The notes under the pieces are model-generated. The model saw nothing but the letters and a program-made list of their open reading frames with translations, made no database searches and was not told the DNA's origin. 64,000 bases of DNA from a virus: IMG/VR virus record IMGVR_UViG_3300018475_000125. One strand, 5' to 3'. Position numbers and translations under genes: made by a program. Below are positions 16,693 through 26,931 of the stretch, one piece after another. Numbering within the stretch: the stretch's first letter is position 1; each line of letters starts with the position of its first letter.

Positions 16693-19275
16693 ATGTTAAA
16701 AGTCATATCCAGCGATGCCTGGAAGGATAGTTTATGGAGCGACGAGACGCCGCGGTCGGCACTGATCAAGTGTTCGTCGCGCGGGGTGGTGGACCGGAAG
16801 TCGTTTGTGAAGCGGGCATGTGCTTCGTCAGACGAACTGCTCGACAAGTTCGCGTCCATGGAGAAGAAGCCGGGTGAAGAATATGTGCATTTGATCGGGC
16901 TGGGATCCACGGAAGCATATGGCCCGAACCGGAATGGCGACGGCTTTTCGGAGGAAGCGTGCCGGAAGTATCATCCTACTTTCGTAAAGGATGCGCGGGT
17001 CTATCGCGATCACAAAAACACGGATAAGTCCAAGAGCTACGGACTTGTGAAGGCGTCCGCGTTCAATGAGGCCATGTCCCGTGTGGAGCTGATCGTGGCG
17101 CTGAACGCTACCGAAGCCGCGGCGCGGGCTAATAACGGCTTGCTGGCGGATAAGGAGATGGAGAAACTGGCAGCCGGGAAGGATCTCCCGGTATCGATGG
17201 CCTGTCTTACAAATCCGGACTACCCGATCCTGACGCGTGATAAGGGTTACGTGCCGATCAAGGATATTCAGGTCGGTGATCTTGTGTGGACAAAAGACTC
17301 GGGTTGGAAACCAGTAACGGCGTTGAACCGCCGGAGATATACCGGGCAACTTTGCGAACTGCACATAACAGGGCTTCCCTTTCCGCTGGAGCTGACGGCG
17401 GATCATCTTATGTGGGCGAAGTGTCTGCGCAGTGACAATCCGCGAAAAGAGATCACACGTTTCTTTGCGGGGGACTCGGCGGAGGCAGGTCCGGAGTGGG
17501 TGCCGGCAGAGAAGCTGCAGATCGGTGATTACTTGTTTTATCGCGCTGTATCCAGACACACGGCTTTTGGTGCACTGGATGACACAGAGCTGGCAGCGGT
17601 TCTGGGATACTACATGGCGGAAGGCTATGTCAGTTTTTGCAAAGGGAATCCTAACACGGTAGCTTTCGCGTGTAACGTGAGCGACTCGCTCCCCAGAAAG
17701 GTTCCGAAGTATCTACACGAAATGTGGCCGGAGATTACAGTAAGTATCAGACCGCATCGCAGTTCAGTGCAGGGGCTGGTAGTTTCTGTGTACTCAGCGG
17801 AGCTTGCCCGATTTGTGAATAAGCTGATACGCACGGGCAGTCACGACAAGATTGTCCCGCCGGAAATCAGTAATGCCCGGCGGGAAGTACAGCTTGCGTT
17901 CCTCGGTGCATGGATCGACGGCGACGGCTACGTTGATGACAAAGGGGCGCATATCTCGACTTGCAGCCGGAGTCTTGCGCTGCAGGCTCGCGATTTGGGC
18001 ATGCAATTGGGTTACGCGGTGTCTATTTACTGCATAGATCATACCCGCTGTGCGACCAGTGGAATGAAGAACAGCGGAGTTGAGTTCCAGATCAATTTCG
18101 CGAAACCTGATCTCGCGGAGCTGGCAGCTTATTCGGACAAGATCAGCAGCAGGATACCCGAAGTTACAGATCGAGAGCGAGGCAGCAAGATACGTACGTA
18201 TCAGGACGGATTCTTTGCTTACAAGATTAAGGAGATCCGGTACCGCGCGGTTACGGATATTCAGACGTATAACTTTGAGGTCGCCGATGACCCTTCTTAC
18301 TCCGCGGCGGGATTGATCAGTCATAACTGCAGTGTCCCCTATGATATTTGTTCGTTTTGTGGAAATAAGGCGCAGACCACGGCGGAGTACTGCACCGGGA
18401 CACATGAAGGCGGGAAGTGCCGGGCTGGCGGACTGAAGCACCATATGGGAAAGATCGCCAGTGTGGATGGGAAACTGGTCCAGCTTTATGCGGATAACAC
18501 AAGACCGTCCTTTTTTGACATCTCGCATGTCTTCGTACCGGCCGATCGTATCGCGTACTCTTCCGGCAGACTCACGAAGCAGGCTTCCGCAGGTACACCA
18601 GTAACTTACGGAGGGGCAGAACTTGCCCGTCAGCTGTGCGTGACCGGGGGCGGACACTATATGGAGGATCCGGAGCAGGTCCACGCACTCCAGCTGCTGA
18701 AGAGAGCTGTTGCGGACTTCCATGCCAGACGGCTCTGGGAAAAGCGTGCTTCTTTCCTTTCCGTGCTGAACCACATTCCGCTGAAGAAGGTCGCCGAGGC
18801 GAAGCGGTATTCTTTTGACGCGGTACAGAAAGCATTTCAGGACCTCCATGTCTGCCTGACGCCCAGCCAGTTTGTGCAGTTGACCGGGGATCTTCCGCTG
18901 GAAAAGGCGGCACAGCTCGGAGAGATCATCGCTCCGCTTTCCAATGACTTCTTGGAGAAGTGCGCTGCAGCGCAGGCGCTTCCGAAACCGGCGGTCCACG
19001 CTCCGGAACCGCTTTTCCATTGGGCTGCTTCCCAGAATCTTCCGTCCATTCATCCGGACAGGTTCTTTAAGCAGGCTGCACTGGCGGCGGTTTCTCCGGC
19101 ACCTGATTTTACGCTGAGTCCTGAAGAAGTCTACGCTCTGGGCGAGGATCCTTCGATCCGGAAACTGGCGGCTCAGTATGCTCTGTATAAAGCGGCGTTT
19201 GTTGCCAATCTTCCGTCTTCGCTGCGGGAGACGGCAGCGGAGCTTTTGGTAGGGCGCGACTACACGGGGTTCTGA
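16693..19275 (+). CDS. putative prohead protease (HK97 S78-like) with C-terminal scaffold-like helical domain, interrupted by an intein
   Basis: N-extein RDHKNTDKSKSYGLVKASAFNE...VELIVAL resembles the HK97 gp4 region WNHNTDLVLGRT...LRVTIDL. PVSMA|C...|CSVPY flanks the intein like the S78 GMSFGF serine motif. The C-extein is long and alpha-helical. RBS AAAGGACAAAG. Confidence 0.45.
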   Translation: MLKVISSDAWKDSLWSDETPRSALIKCSSRGVVDRKSFVKRACASSDELLDKFASMEKKPGEEYVHLIGLGSTEAYGPNRNGDGFSEEACRKYHPTFVKDARVYRDHKNTDKSKSYGLVKASAFNEAMSRVELIVALNATEAAARANNGLLADKEMEKLAAGKDLPVSMACLTNPDYPILTRDKGYVPIKDIQVGDLVWTKDSGWKPVTALNRRRYTGQLCELHITGLPFPLELTADHLMWAKCLRSDNPRKEITRFFAGDSAEAGPEWVPAEKLQIGDYLFYRAVSRHTAFGALDDTELAAVLGYYMAEGYVSFCKGNPNTVAFACNVSDSLPRKVPKYLHEMWPEITVSIRPHRSSVQGLVVSVYSAELARFVNKLIRTGSHDKIVPPEISNARREVQLAFLGAWIDGDGYVDDKGAHISTCSRSLALQARDLGMQLGYAVSIYCIDHTRCATSGMKNSGVEFQINFAKPDLAELAAYSDKISSRIPEVTDRERGSKIRTYQDGFFAYKIKEIRYRAVTDIQTYNFEVADDPSYSAAGLISHNCSVPYDICSFCGNKAQTTAEYCTGTHEGGKCRAGGLKHHMGKIASVDGKLVQLYADNTRPSFFDISHVFVPADRIAYSSGRLTKQASAGTPVTYGGAELARQLCVTGGGHYMEDPEQVHALQLLKRAVADFHARRLWEKRASFLSVLNHIPLKKVAEAKRYSFDAVQKAFQDLHVCLTPSQFVQLTGDLPLEKAAQLGEIIAPLSNDFLEKCAAAQALPKPAVHAPEPLFHWAASQNLPSIHPDRFFKQAALAAVSPAPDFTLSPEEVYALGEDPSIRKLAAQYALYKAAFVANLPSSLRETAAELLVGRDYTGF
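17203..18327 (+). other. intein (375 aa) with LAGLIDADG homing endonuclease domain
   Basis: Begins with CLTNPDYPIL (Hint block A), contains two LAGLIDADG motifs (LAAVLGYYMAEGYV and LAFLGAWIDGDGYV), and ends with ...NFEVADDPSYSAAGLISHN followed by extein Cys (SHN|C). In frame with the host ORF. Confidence 0.8.
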
Positions 19276-19445
19276 CATGCAGCCGTTTGATAGTATTTCC
19301 GGCCCCTCCTACTATTCAGAAGCAGGCATCCCGAATCAGCTGGTTGCGGAGGTTTCTGCCGAGCAGCTGGGCGTGACGCCTGCGTCGCTCATCTGGTCAG
19401 ATCCGGGACGGGCAGCCAACATGATCCTTCAGAATCTGGTACGGG

Positions 19446-20078
19446 ATGGACAGCAAAAAAGAAACACTTCGGCGGGTAGGCTTCCGAACGACAAAAACAT
19501 CAATGACCGTGCCCAAGGCTGCCAAACAGCTGGGTGTGTCCGCCGAGTTCCTCCGCGAGGAAATTAAGCGCGGGCACCTGCATACGACGCGCGGTTTTTA
19601 CCGTTACGGGCACGTGGTTCGAGTCAGTTTTCTGGAACTGCGCGAGTACTTTCGGTATCTGGGTCTTGAGCCGTGGCATCTTCGCGGCGCGGAGACCGCG
19701 GCGTATCTTGGCGGTTCCATGAAGGAAGCCGCACGGCGGGACGGTGCTTTGTGGGATCAGTCTCTGCGGCGGTTCCTTACGTTTTTCATTGGGTTTGACG
19801 GATCCTTTATTTTAGGTCCTGACGCGATCCGGTGTCTTCAGGAGGAAGAGCTGGAATTTGCCTGTCGGGACCTGTTCCATTATAATCAGATCGTCTTGAG
19901 GCACCGTCCGTTTTGTTCCCTGCGGTACATAAAGCTGGGCTACGATCGGAAGACACATGAGAAGTCGCGGGAGCTTCAGGAGCAAATGCAGGTTCTGTAT
20001 CCTGGGGTGGTCCAGCGGGTTCCTGCCGATCATTTACTGCGTATGACCTGCATTTCCTGGAGAGACGATAATGGCTGA
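19446..20078 (+). CDS. HTH DNA-binding protein (excisionase/MerR-like HTH_17)
   Basis: MTVPKAAKQLGVSAEFLREEIKRGHLHTTR is a classic AlpA/Xis-type helix-turn-helix. The exact start is uncertain (19446 or 19503). Confidence 0.4.
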   Translation: MDSKKETLRRVGFRTTKTSMTVPKAAKQLGVSAEFLREEIKRGHLHTTRGFYRYGHVVRVSFLELREYFRYLGLEPWHLRGAETAAYLGGSMKEAARRDGALWDQSLRRFLTFFIGFDGSFILGPDAIRCLQEEELEFACRDLFHYNQIVLRHRPFCSLRYIKLGYDRKTHEKSRELQEQMQVLYPGVVQRVPADHLLRMTCISWRDDNG

Positions 20079-20370
20079 GCATTGGCCTGCAATACACAGT
20101 ATGCTGCTTTACGGGCTGTTCGGACTGATAGGCGGGGTTATGAAACTTCTTGAACCGGGGCGCCCTTTTACGTCCCGTCTGGTAGTCTACCGCCTGTTCA
20201 GCAGTTTTGCGGCGGCGATGGCGATCTCCGGCATGATGGCGCTGGTTACGGACAAGGAGAATGTTCTTCTGGCAGCCGGCGTTGTTGGCGGTTTCGCTGG
20301 AAAAACGACGTTTGAGTTTCTTTGCGCGGCAGGCAGAAACGTGATCAAACGCAAGACGGAGGAATTTTAA
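20071..20370 (+). CDS. small membrane protein, possible holin
   Basis: Two predicted TM helices (LLYGLFGLIGGV..., AAAMAISGMMALV...VLLAAGVVGGFAG) and a charged C-terminus. Confidence 0.3.
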   Translation: MAEHWPAIHSMLLYGLFGLIGGVMKLLEPGRPFTSRLVVYRLFSSFAAAMAISGMMALVTDKENVLLAAGVVGGFAGKTTFEFLCAAGRNVIKRKTEEF

Positions 20371-20858
20371 TGCACAAGATACGGAAGCTGCTGGTCGTCG
20401 TAGGGAAGGAAGAAGATACGCTCCATCCTGAATTGGACTGGGACCGGATCAAGGAAAGCCTTTCCGTGGATATGTACCACATTTGTGATGAAGCCGTCTG
20501 TATTCAGGAAGATCTTCCGGATGCCGCCGCAGTGATCCAGTTTGCGGGCTTTGAAAAGCCGTATTCGTGGACTTCCGAACTTGCTGCTGCACAGTGGGGT
20601 GCTCCTCCGGTATTTTACATTGAGCCGGGAGGAGCTGGTTTTTGTATTCGCTACGGTAAACGCAAAGAAGAGGGGCTGGCAGCACGCGCTGTTCCGGACG
20701 CACTTCGGATGCTTTATCAGGAAGGCTTGCAGGAGTACTATGCCCGGCACGCTGCCTTCCTTCTTGCCGCGTTTCTGGCGATGTTATGCGTGATCCTGAT
20801 CCACGGTGTAAAGCATACACTGGCACAGGATCCGCCAATGATCGAGGTTTCAGAATGA
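20370..20858 (+). CDS. hypothetical protein, C-terminal TM helix
   Basis: RBS GGAGGAATTTTA. TAATG overlap with the upstream gene. Confidence 0.4.
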   Translation: MHKIRKLLVVVGKEEDTLHPELDWDRIKESLSVDMYHICDEAVCIQEDLPDAAAVIQFAGFEKPYSWTSELAAAQWGAPPVFYIEPGGAGFCIRYGKRKEEGLAARAVPDALRMLYQEGLQEYYARHAAFLLAAFLAMLCVILIHGVKHTLAQDPPMIEVSE

Positions 20859-21808
20859 ATTCGGATTTCGCGGCTTCCTTTAACCGGTCTCCGGACTGGA
20901 AGTGGAAGCGTGCTCAAAGCATTGTGTCCGGAAGCGGTCCGGCAGCAACGCCGTTCTGGGATACTGAGAACGGCTGTCAGTGGATCCGCCGGGCGGAAGC
21001 GTTCCTTCAGTCGCTGGCGCGGGAAGAAGACCCTGTTATTAATAATGAGCTGATCATTATGTACGGGGACATTTACACAGCGTGGTCCATTTATACGGAC
21101 ACATCCAGCAATTACCGATTTGAGCTGGAGGGGATGATCCTGGCTCGTGTGGAGCGGGAAGAGCTGGCAGTCCGGATCGATATTCCGATTGCGGCCATTA
21201 CCGCTTTTGAGGAGCTTTTCTTTGATGTCCGCGGGAAACTGGAATCCGAATCCTATATTTTGAATTACGTCATTGGTCCGGATATTCAGCGTTTGAAGGA
21301 GAGCAATGTCGGCGCACTATGGAAGCTGTTCGGCTACTATCAGGGTCCGGAAGTCCTTCGCGCGGTCATTTCCAGAACAGTGAATCCGACATTCGCCATG
21401 ACGCCGGATGCGGTAGGTGCCCGGCTGAACGAGGATATTGCCGGTTCCTTCAAGATCTCCTGCGCCATTGCCGCCAAGAAAGCAGGCGGGGGAAACATGG
21501 CGGACAGACAGCTTCTTCAGCTGTTTGCCAAAGTTATGGAAGTGGACAAGATGGAAGACCTTTCCTCCGGATCCTCCAAAGGGCAGATCGCGGAACATAT
21601 TCAGGCGATGCTCGGTACGCTGGGACTTTCCGTCGGCGGGATCCCGAAGACCAACCCGCTTTCCGACTACAAGCATAAACCGGTCGAGCCTCAGTTTCAT
21701 GAGCTTGTCAGCCTGACTCTGACAGGTGAAGCGGAATCGCTGAAAGAGGCCGCCGACTTCAAGTTTCCGATCCCGACCAATCGGGGTCTTCCAACAGCAA
21801 AGGATTAA
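20855..21808 (+). CDS. hypothetical protein (317 aa)
   Basis: ATGA overlap with the upstream gene. No recognised domain. Confidence 0.4.
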   Translation: MNSDFAASFNRSPDWKWKRAQSIVSGSGPAATPFWDTENGCQWIRRAEAFLQSLAREEDPVINNELIIMYGDIYTAWSIYTDTSSNYRFELEGMILARVEREELAVRIDIPIAAITAFEELFFDVRGKLESESYILNYVIGPDIQRLKESNVGALWKLFGYYQGPEVLRAVISRTVNPTFAMTPDAVGARLNEDIAGSFKISCAIAAKKAGGGNMADRQLLQLFAKVMEVDKMEDLSSGSSKGQIAEHIQAMLGTLGLSVGGIPKTNPLSDYKHKPVEPQFHELVSLTLTGEAESLKEAADFKFPIPTNRGLPTAKD

Positions 21809-21810
21809 TC

Positions 21811-23850
21811 ATGCCGTCGATCAATACTCAGGAAAGAGAACAGCTCAGTGCAGCGGTCGAGAAGATCAGCGATTACTGTGCGGAGGGCTGTTCCCCCAAT
21901 ACCGCTATTATTAAGACTGCGAAGGAGATGAATTTGACTCCGGACCGTCTTCCGATACTCGTCAACGCCTACAATGCAGGCGCAACCGCAGATCATTGGG
22001 CACAGCACGATTCGGTGCGCTCAAAGACTGCTTCGTTCCCCATTGCCAATCTTGCGAAGATTCGGAGCGAGCTCTACCCGGATCAGGTCAAGAAAGCGGC
22101 GGCACGGCAGCGTCCCATGCGGGCGGACAATACGTTCAGTCTGTCAGCTGGTGCCCTTTTTCAGAAGGATCCGCTGGATTGCTACCGCGGACAGGTTCCT
22201 ATGCAGAAGACCGCTTCTGTTCCTTCTGCGGATCAGCTCTCCAATACGAACCGGGATCTCCGGCTTCAGCTTCGTTTTACGCAGGAGCAGACGGATGCCG
22301 CGATGGAGCTGGCGAACGCCGAGCTTTATGACCGGATGGATAAACTGGCCGGGATCCTTCGCCGTCCGGAAATGCCTTCGTTTGGCGATATGTGCAAGAC
22401 CGCGGCGGCAGTCTACGGCAAAAAGGGCGGGGAGGTCATGCAGTATATTGCGGAAACGTATCCAACGGTCAAGGTAGCAAAATACTCTCCCAGTACGGAA
22501 CTGCTTCCGGCGACGCATGACTTCTTCAAGCAGTTCGAGGAGGTCCTCAACTCGCTGGATACCTGCGGAAAACTGAAGAACACGCAGGTCATCGTCCGTT
22601 CCAAATGTGCTGCTGTCGAGCAGGAGATGGACGAGGCGTGGAAGTCCGAGATCCACGGTTCTGAGATGCACCGCGCCCTTCTGACTCCGATCCAGGTCAA
22701 GAAAGCTGCTCTGGAAATGAGAAAGGAGGCCTTCCGTGAGGAGCTGGATGCTACGCGCCCTTTCTCGCGTCTGGAAACGATGCTCCATCCTGAATGGCAG
22801 GGGGCTACGGAGCGGGAATACGGTATTCTGAATACGCTGAACGATCCGCTTCACGAAGCGCGTATGCGTAAGATCATGAATGAGTCGCTGTTCATAGACA
22901 TCATGAACTCGGATGAGTTCTTGAAGGAGCAGGATCCGGAGGAAGTTCTGGAAGCGTACAACGACCTTCTGGAGGTAGCTCCGCATCTTCGCGGCAAGAA
23001 GATCCTTGTCCGTCAGGCGCTCAAGGAATATCTTGCTTCAGGCACTCTGGATCTTCCGACAGCGGGACAGCTCACCAAGATGGACGCGGAGGAAGCAGCA
23101 AAGCAGGATCGCCGGTCGCAGGCACAGGCGGACCAGGCTGCCCGGTATGCCGATCAGCGTCAGCGTAAGGAACAATCTGAAAAAGAACTGGCTCAGCGCG
23201 AGCAGTTTGAAAAAGCACGCTGGGAGGCGCAGAAAGAACAGGCTGCCGAGGATCGTGCATTACGCCGAAGTGAGGCGAAACAGCGTCAGAGCAACTGGGA
23301 AGCGGAGCAGCGGACTCGTAAAGAAGAAGCGGAGCAGCGGCAGCGGAACTGGAAGAGGGAACAGAAACTGCGTAAAGCCGAGGCAGCCCAGCGTCAGGTG
23401 AACTGGCAGGCAGATTTCGATGCGCGTCAACGCGAGGCAAACCAGCGTCAGAGCAACTGGAAGGCGGAACAGCAGACGCGCAAAGATGAGGCAGCTCAGC
23501 GTCAAAAGAACTGGGAAGCCGATCAGCTGCTGCGTAGGGATATTGCGCGGAGCGATTATGAGCCTAAGCGGGAAGCACAGGATTATCGACGTGCGTATGA
23601 TGAGTATAAGGAGCAGCGGCGTAAATGGGAACGGAGGCAGGAGGATACTGCCAGAAGAGTTTCATTGGCACGGCAGATGGCTGAAAAAGATTCGCAGTTT
23701 GAGCAGTTCTATCGCGACGCATTAGCGGCGCAGCATAAAGGGTATGTATGGGAACAGGGTGACACCAACGAACCTTTCAACGGCAACTGGGTGGCTGATA
23801 CGGAGCCGACGTTTTCACCTCCAAGTGTGCCCGCGAGTCCGACCTTTTAA
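21811..23850 (+). CDS. coiled-coil protein with 11-residue QRQxNWxAEQxTRKxEA repeats (scaffold-like?)
   Basis: RBS AAAGGATTAATC. The C-terminal third is highly charged with about six tandem peptide repeats. Confidence 0.45.
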   Translation: MPSINTQEREQLSAAVEKISDYCAEGCSPNTAIIKTAKEMNLTPDRLPILVNAYNAGATADHWAQHDSVRSKTASFPIANLAKIRSELYPDQVKKAAARQRPMRADNTFSLSAGALFQKDPLDCYRGQVPMQKTASVPSADQLSNTNRDLRLQLRFTQEQTDAAMELANAELYDRMDKLAGILRRPEMPSFGDMCKTAAAVYGKKGGEVMQYIAETYPTVKVAKYSPSTELLPATHDFFKQFEEVLNSLDTCGKLKNTQVIVRSKCAAVEQEMDEAWKSEIHGSEMHRALLTPIQVKKAALEMRKEAFREELDATRPFSRLETMLHPEWQGATEREYGILNTLNDPLHEARMRKIMNESLFIDIMNSDEFLKEQDPEEVLEAYNDLLEVAPHLRGKKILVRQALKEYLASGTLDLPTAGQLTKMDAEEAAKQDRRSQAQADQAARYADQRQRKEQSEKELAQREQFEKARWEAQKEQAAEDRALRRSEAKQRQSNWEAEQRTRKEEAEQRQRNWKREQKLRKAEAAQRQVNWQADFDARQREANQRQSNWKAEQQTRKDEAAQRQKNWEADQLLRRDIARSDYEPKREAQDYRRAYDEYKEQRRKWERRQEDTARRVSLARQMAEKDSQFEQFYRDALAAQHKGYVWEQGDTNEPFNGNWVADTEPTFSPPSVPASPTF

Positions 23851-23875
23851 CGGTCTTCACTCCGCATAAACTAAC

Positions 23876-23903
23876 AAAAAAGGCGCTTTTCAGCGCCTTT
23901 TTG
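23876..23903. terminator. bidirectional rho-independent terminator between convergent genes
   Basis: A6 then AGGCGCT tttc AGCGCCT then T5, so it can function on either strand. Confidence 0.75.
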
Positions 23904-23916
23904 TTATTAATAATTG

Positions 23917-26142
23917 TTACTTACTGTTATCACTCAGATCCAGCGGTTCCAGTGTTTCGTAATCTGCCTGATTCAGCCGGTTGCGTTTCAGGAAGAGGAC
24001 GACATCGCCGAGGATCTCGAAGAGTTTTTTGAGGTTGGCTTCCAGTTCCGGCAGGTTCTTGGGACCATAGATCTCCTTGAACTGATCGCCTTTCCAGTAA
24101 AAGCGGAAGAGGAGGTCTCCTGCTTCCGTCATGGCGCGAGTCAGTTCTGCGGTCTGCTCGTCGATCATGGAGTCTGTATCACCGGAGGTGTAGAGACTCT
24201 TGAGCATGGAGACATCGAAGATGTCTTTCTGTCCGCTCTGGATCGCCTTATTGACCGCCGCGACATCCTGCGACGCATAGTCGGAGTCGATCGAAATGTA
24301 AGGATCAGCTGAGACATCGTGAGATTTTGTAGTGGAGTATTCCTGCCCGGAAGGGCCTGCTGCCAGACGGTCAGTCAGGATGCCGACAGGGGAATCGTTG
24401 ACCTGCGGGATCGGCGGCGTGACCAGTTCCGCCCGCTTCAGGAAGACTTTACAGGCGCGGGTCGGTTCTGCTCCCGCTTTTTTTAGCAGAGCCTTTGCGG
24501 TTTTTTCGCGAAGTCCGTAATCCTCGACCAGCGATTTGAAACCTTCAAAAGTACTGATCCGGGGACCCTGGTTCAGGCGGCATTCGTCGCCCCAGACGGA
24601 GACTTTCAGCGGTTCCAGTCCGGCATAGGCGGATTCCTTGATCTTCTGTGCTTTTACTGCCTGAGGAAGCTGGTCCAGACCGTTACTTTTCTGGATCAGA
24701 TCCGAATTCAGGTGCAGGTCCAGCAGTTTCATATCCTTGGGAAGTTCCATTGTGTGCTTTGAGACACGGAAGTCGCTTCCTTTCGGAGTTCTGCGTATCG
24801 TCCATTCCATAGAGCGGCAATTATGCCGGTAGCCGTCGTTATACCCGTAGCCGTAGCGCAGCGGAGGTTCTTCCTGTGTTTCGGTTTTGCAGATGATACC
24901 TCTTGTGTAATTATTGAACGGACCATGTACTTCACAGCATCCGCGAAGGACCGCGAAGCAGTCGCTGGGACTGCCGAACGGAAGATTATCGACCCATTTC
25001 ACATAGTCGGCTGTCGGATATTCTTTCGTGCACCAGATCTCGGTCCCGGCGCACTCGCAGTATTCATGACTGGACGGGTTCACGACCAGCATAAAGGGAC
25101 CTTCCGCATCGGAAGAGCGCAGAACGACCATACGGCGGGATTTGCCGGGTTCTACCAACACGTCGTAGATGCCGGTGCCTCTCGGGTTGAAAATGTTTGC
25201 CTTGTTTCCGGAAGCGTCGATGACTTTGGTAACTTCCTCGTCACGGCGGTCATCCTGAACAAGGTATCCTTCCCGCAGCAGCTTTTCTTTTTCTTTATCG
25301 GAGAGTCCGAAGGGGAGAGACGAACCAGAGATGGAAACGGAATAAGAAATGACCTGTACGGAGTTGGCGTATTTGACGTTCGGCTCCGGGAGCGGTTTTA
25401 CTCTCAGCGCAGCGGATTTCCGAAGAATATCACGTTCCGTGAATTCCCGCCGAAGAGCATCGGTTCCTCCGGGGTGGACCTGTTCAAAGGCGGCTTTGAT
25501 CAGCGGATAGGTATCCAGCATTTCCAGTGTGCGCTTCAGCCCGCCGTAGGACGCATATTTGATATGACGAAGCGGATTCAGCTTTTGATGAAGCGAAAAG
25601 GCTTTCTTAGCGAGACTGAATTTGGAATTCCGGGCAATATCCCGGTAGACCGCGTGCCATTCGCGCGGAATGGCAGAGGCGTACTTGGTCGGGATGTCTA
25701 CCAGATCGGTCAGATCCGGTGTGGAAGAACCGGGTGTGGATTTCGGAGCACTGTCGCCGATCATCATCGGCTTTCGGCGAAAGATCTCATTAAGCCACGC
25801 TTCTTTCAGCGGCACCCACAAGTTCTGATCTGCCAGCCGCAGAAGTTCGTGTCCCTTGATCTCTCCGTTGATGCAGAAGGTCGGCGAGAAGAGCTGCATA
25901 CCGTTTACTTTGAATCCGGTCACGCCCAGCACTTTTGTGTCGTCCTCATTTCTCTCCACGACCTGAAAGCCTTGTTCGTACGGCATCAGTGACGGTGCTT
26001 TATCCTGTAGATAGGTATGAGTGAGCTGCCCGAACATTTCTTCCAGCGGAACATCGTTTCCATCACCTCCGAGGGCGGCAGTTTTGTTCAGTACGCGGTT
26101 CCGGATCGATGTTTTCAGTGTATAAGTATCCTTTGTTCGCAT
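23917..26142 (-). CDS. large hypothetical virion protein (741 aa; portal-sized, unassigned)
   Basis: Long ORF. Start chosen at the internal Met (MRTKDTYTL...) preceded by GGAAGAAATT. No motif recognised. Confidence 0.4.
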   Translation of the reverse strand: MRTKDTYTLKTSIRNRVLNKTAALGGDGNDVPLEEMFGQLTHTYLQDKAPSLMPYEQGFQVVERNEDDTKVLGVTGFKVNGMQLFSPTFCINGEIKGHELLRLADQNLWVPLKEAWLNEIFRRKPMMIGDSAPKSTPGSSTPDLTDLVDIPTKYASAIPREWHAVYRDIARNSKFSLAKKAFSLHQKLNPLRHIKYASYGGLKRTLEMLDTYPLIKAAFEQVHPGGTDALRREFTERDILRKSAALRVKPLPEPNVKYANSVQVISYSVSISGSSLPFGLSDKEKEKLLREGYLVQDDRRDEEVTKVIDASGNKANIFNPRGTGIYDVLVEPGKSRRMVVLRSSDAEGPFMLVVNPSSHEYCECAGTEIWCTKEYPTADYVKWVDNLPFGSPSDCFAVLRGCCEVHGPFNNYTRGIICKTETQEEPPLRYGYGYNDGYRHNCRSMEWTIRRTPKGSDFRVSKHTMELPKDMKLLDLHLNSDLIQKSNGLDQLPQAVKAQKIKESAYAGLEPLKVSVWGDECRLNQGPRISTFEGFKSLVEDYGLREKTAKALLKKAGAEPTRACKVFLKRAELVTPPIPQVNDSPVGILTDRLAAGPSGQEYSTTKSHDVSADPYISIDSDYASQDVAAVNKAIQSGQKDIFDVSMLKSLYTSGDTDSMIDEQTAELTRAMTEAGDLLFRFYWKGDQFKEIYGPKNLPELEANLKKLFEILGDVVLFLKRNRLNQADYETLEPLDLSDNSK

Positions 26143-26241
26143 AATTTCTTCCGTATTACAGATGCCTGATTTGCGCGGCATGAAGCCTACAGCACGACGT
26201 ATAATTGCGCAGTATACCTGTTTTCCGGGAAAAGGACAAAA

Positions 26242-26931
26242 TCAGTCCTCAAACAGGTCACGCAGGTTATTTACCCGGATCTCCGGATCCAGAGAAAAGT
26301 AAAGGCTTGGCTTCGGCAGCGTGCGCTGGACACGTTTCTGGAGTACCCACGAATTTACAATATCCGCGCAGTCCATCCACTTGTCCAGAGCACGCTGGGA
26401 CCAGCCTGTGAAGATCTTGAGCTCTTTCAGAAGCCAGGCCAGTTCATAAAGCTGATCCGGAGTAATGTGGCGGACGCGAATATCCTCGGTCAGGGACAGG
26501 ATCGACGACAGCACTCGGCATAGCGCGGCTATTTTTACGACGTCGGTCCCCTGTGCCAGCTGGTTTGTGTAGCGGGGGATACGCTGATCCGACGGCATGC
26601 GCATATCCGGGTTCAGAATGAGTGCGGCGCCTGCGACTTCGATATGTGACCGCAGCATGACTGTTTCAAACGGGAGTCCGGTGTATTGCTGCGCCAGTGA
26701 AAGGAGTGCGGTATGCCATGTGACCTCTGCCAGTTCGGAGACTTCCGGATGCAGTATTTCATAGCCCGGACGGTAGCGGGAACGAAAAACCTCTTCCGTG
26801 AGGTCAGCAGTATCGATCACGAAAGAGGCGAGAGGTTTCCCGCAGTCCGCGATCCTTGAGTTGAGGAGCTCGCGGACAAAACGGGTATTTTCGGAACGGG
26901 ACAACCGGGGACGTGTGTTTTTGTTTTCCAT
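26242..26931 (-). CDS. hypothetical protein (229 aa)
   Basis: ORF only. Confidence 0.4.
   Translation of the reverse strand: MENKNTRPRLSRSENTRFVRELLNSRIADCGKPLASFVIDTADLTEEVFRSRYRPGYEILHPEVSELAEVTWHTALLSLAQQYTGLPFETVMLRSHIEVAGAALILNPDMRMPSDQRIPRYTNQLAQGTDVVKIAALCRVLSSILSLTEDIRVRHITPDQLYELAWLLKELKIFTGWSQRALDKWMDCADIVNSWVLQKRVQRTLPKPSLYFSLDPEIRVNNLRDLFED

Noticed and set aside
17794-19278. 494-aa minus-strand ORF opposite the protease/intein gene
   Set aside because: Antisense shadow of a well-supported gene, Arg-rich junk composition.
24823-25992. 389-aa + strand ORF inside the 741-aa minus gene
   Set aside because: Shadow ORF, Arg/Gly-rich, no RBS.
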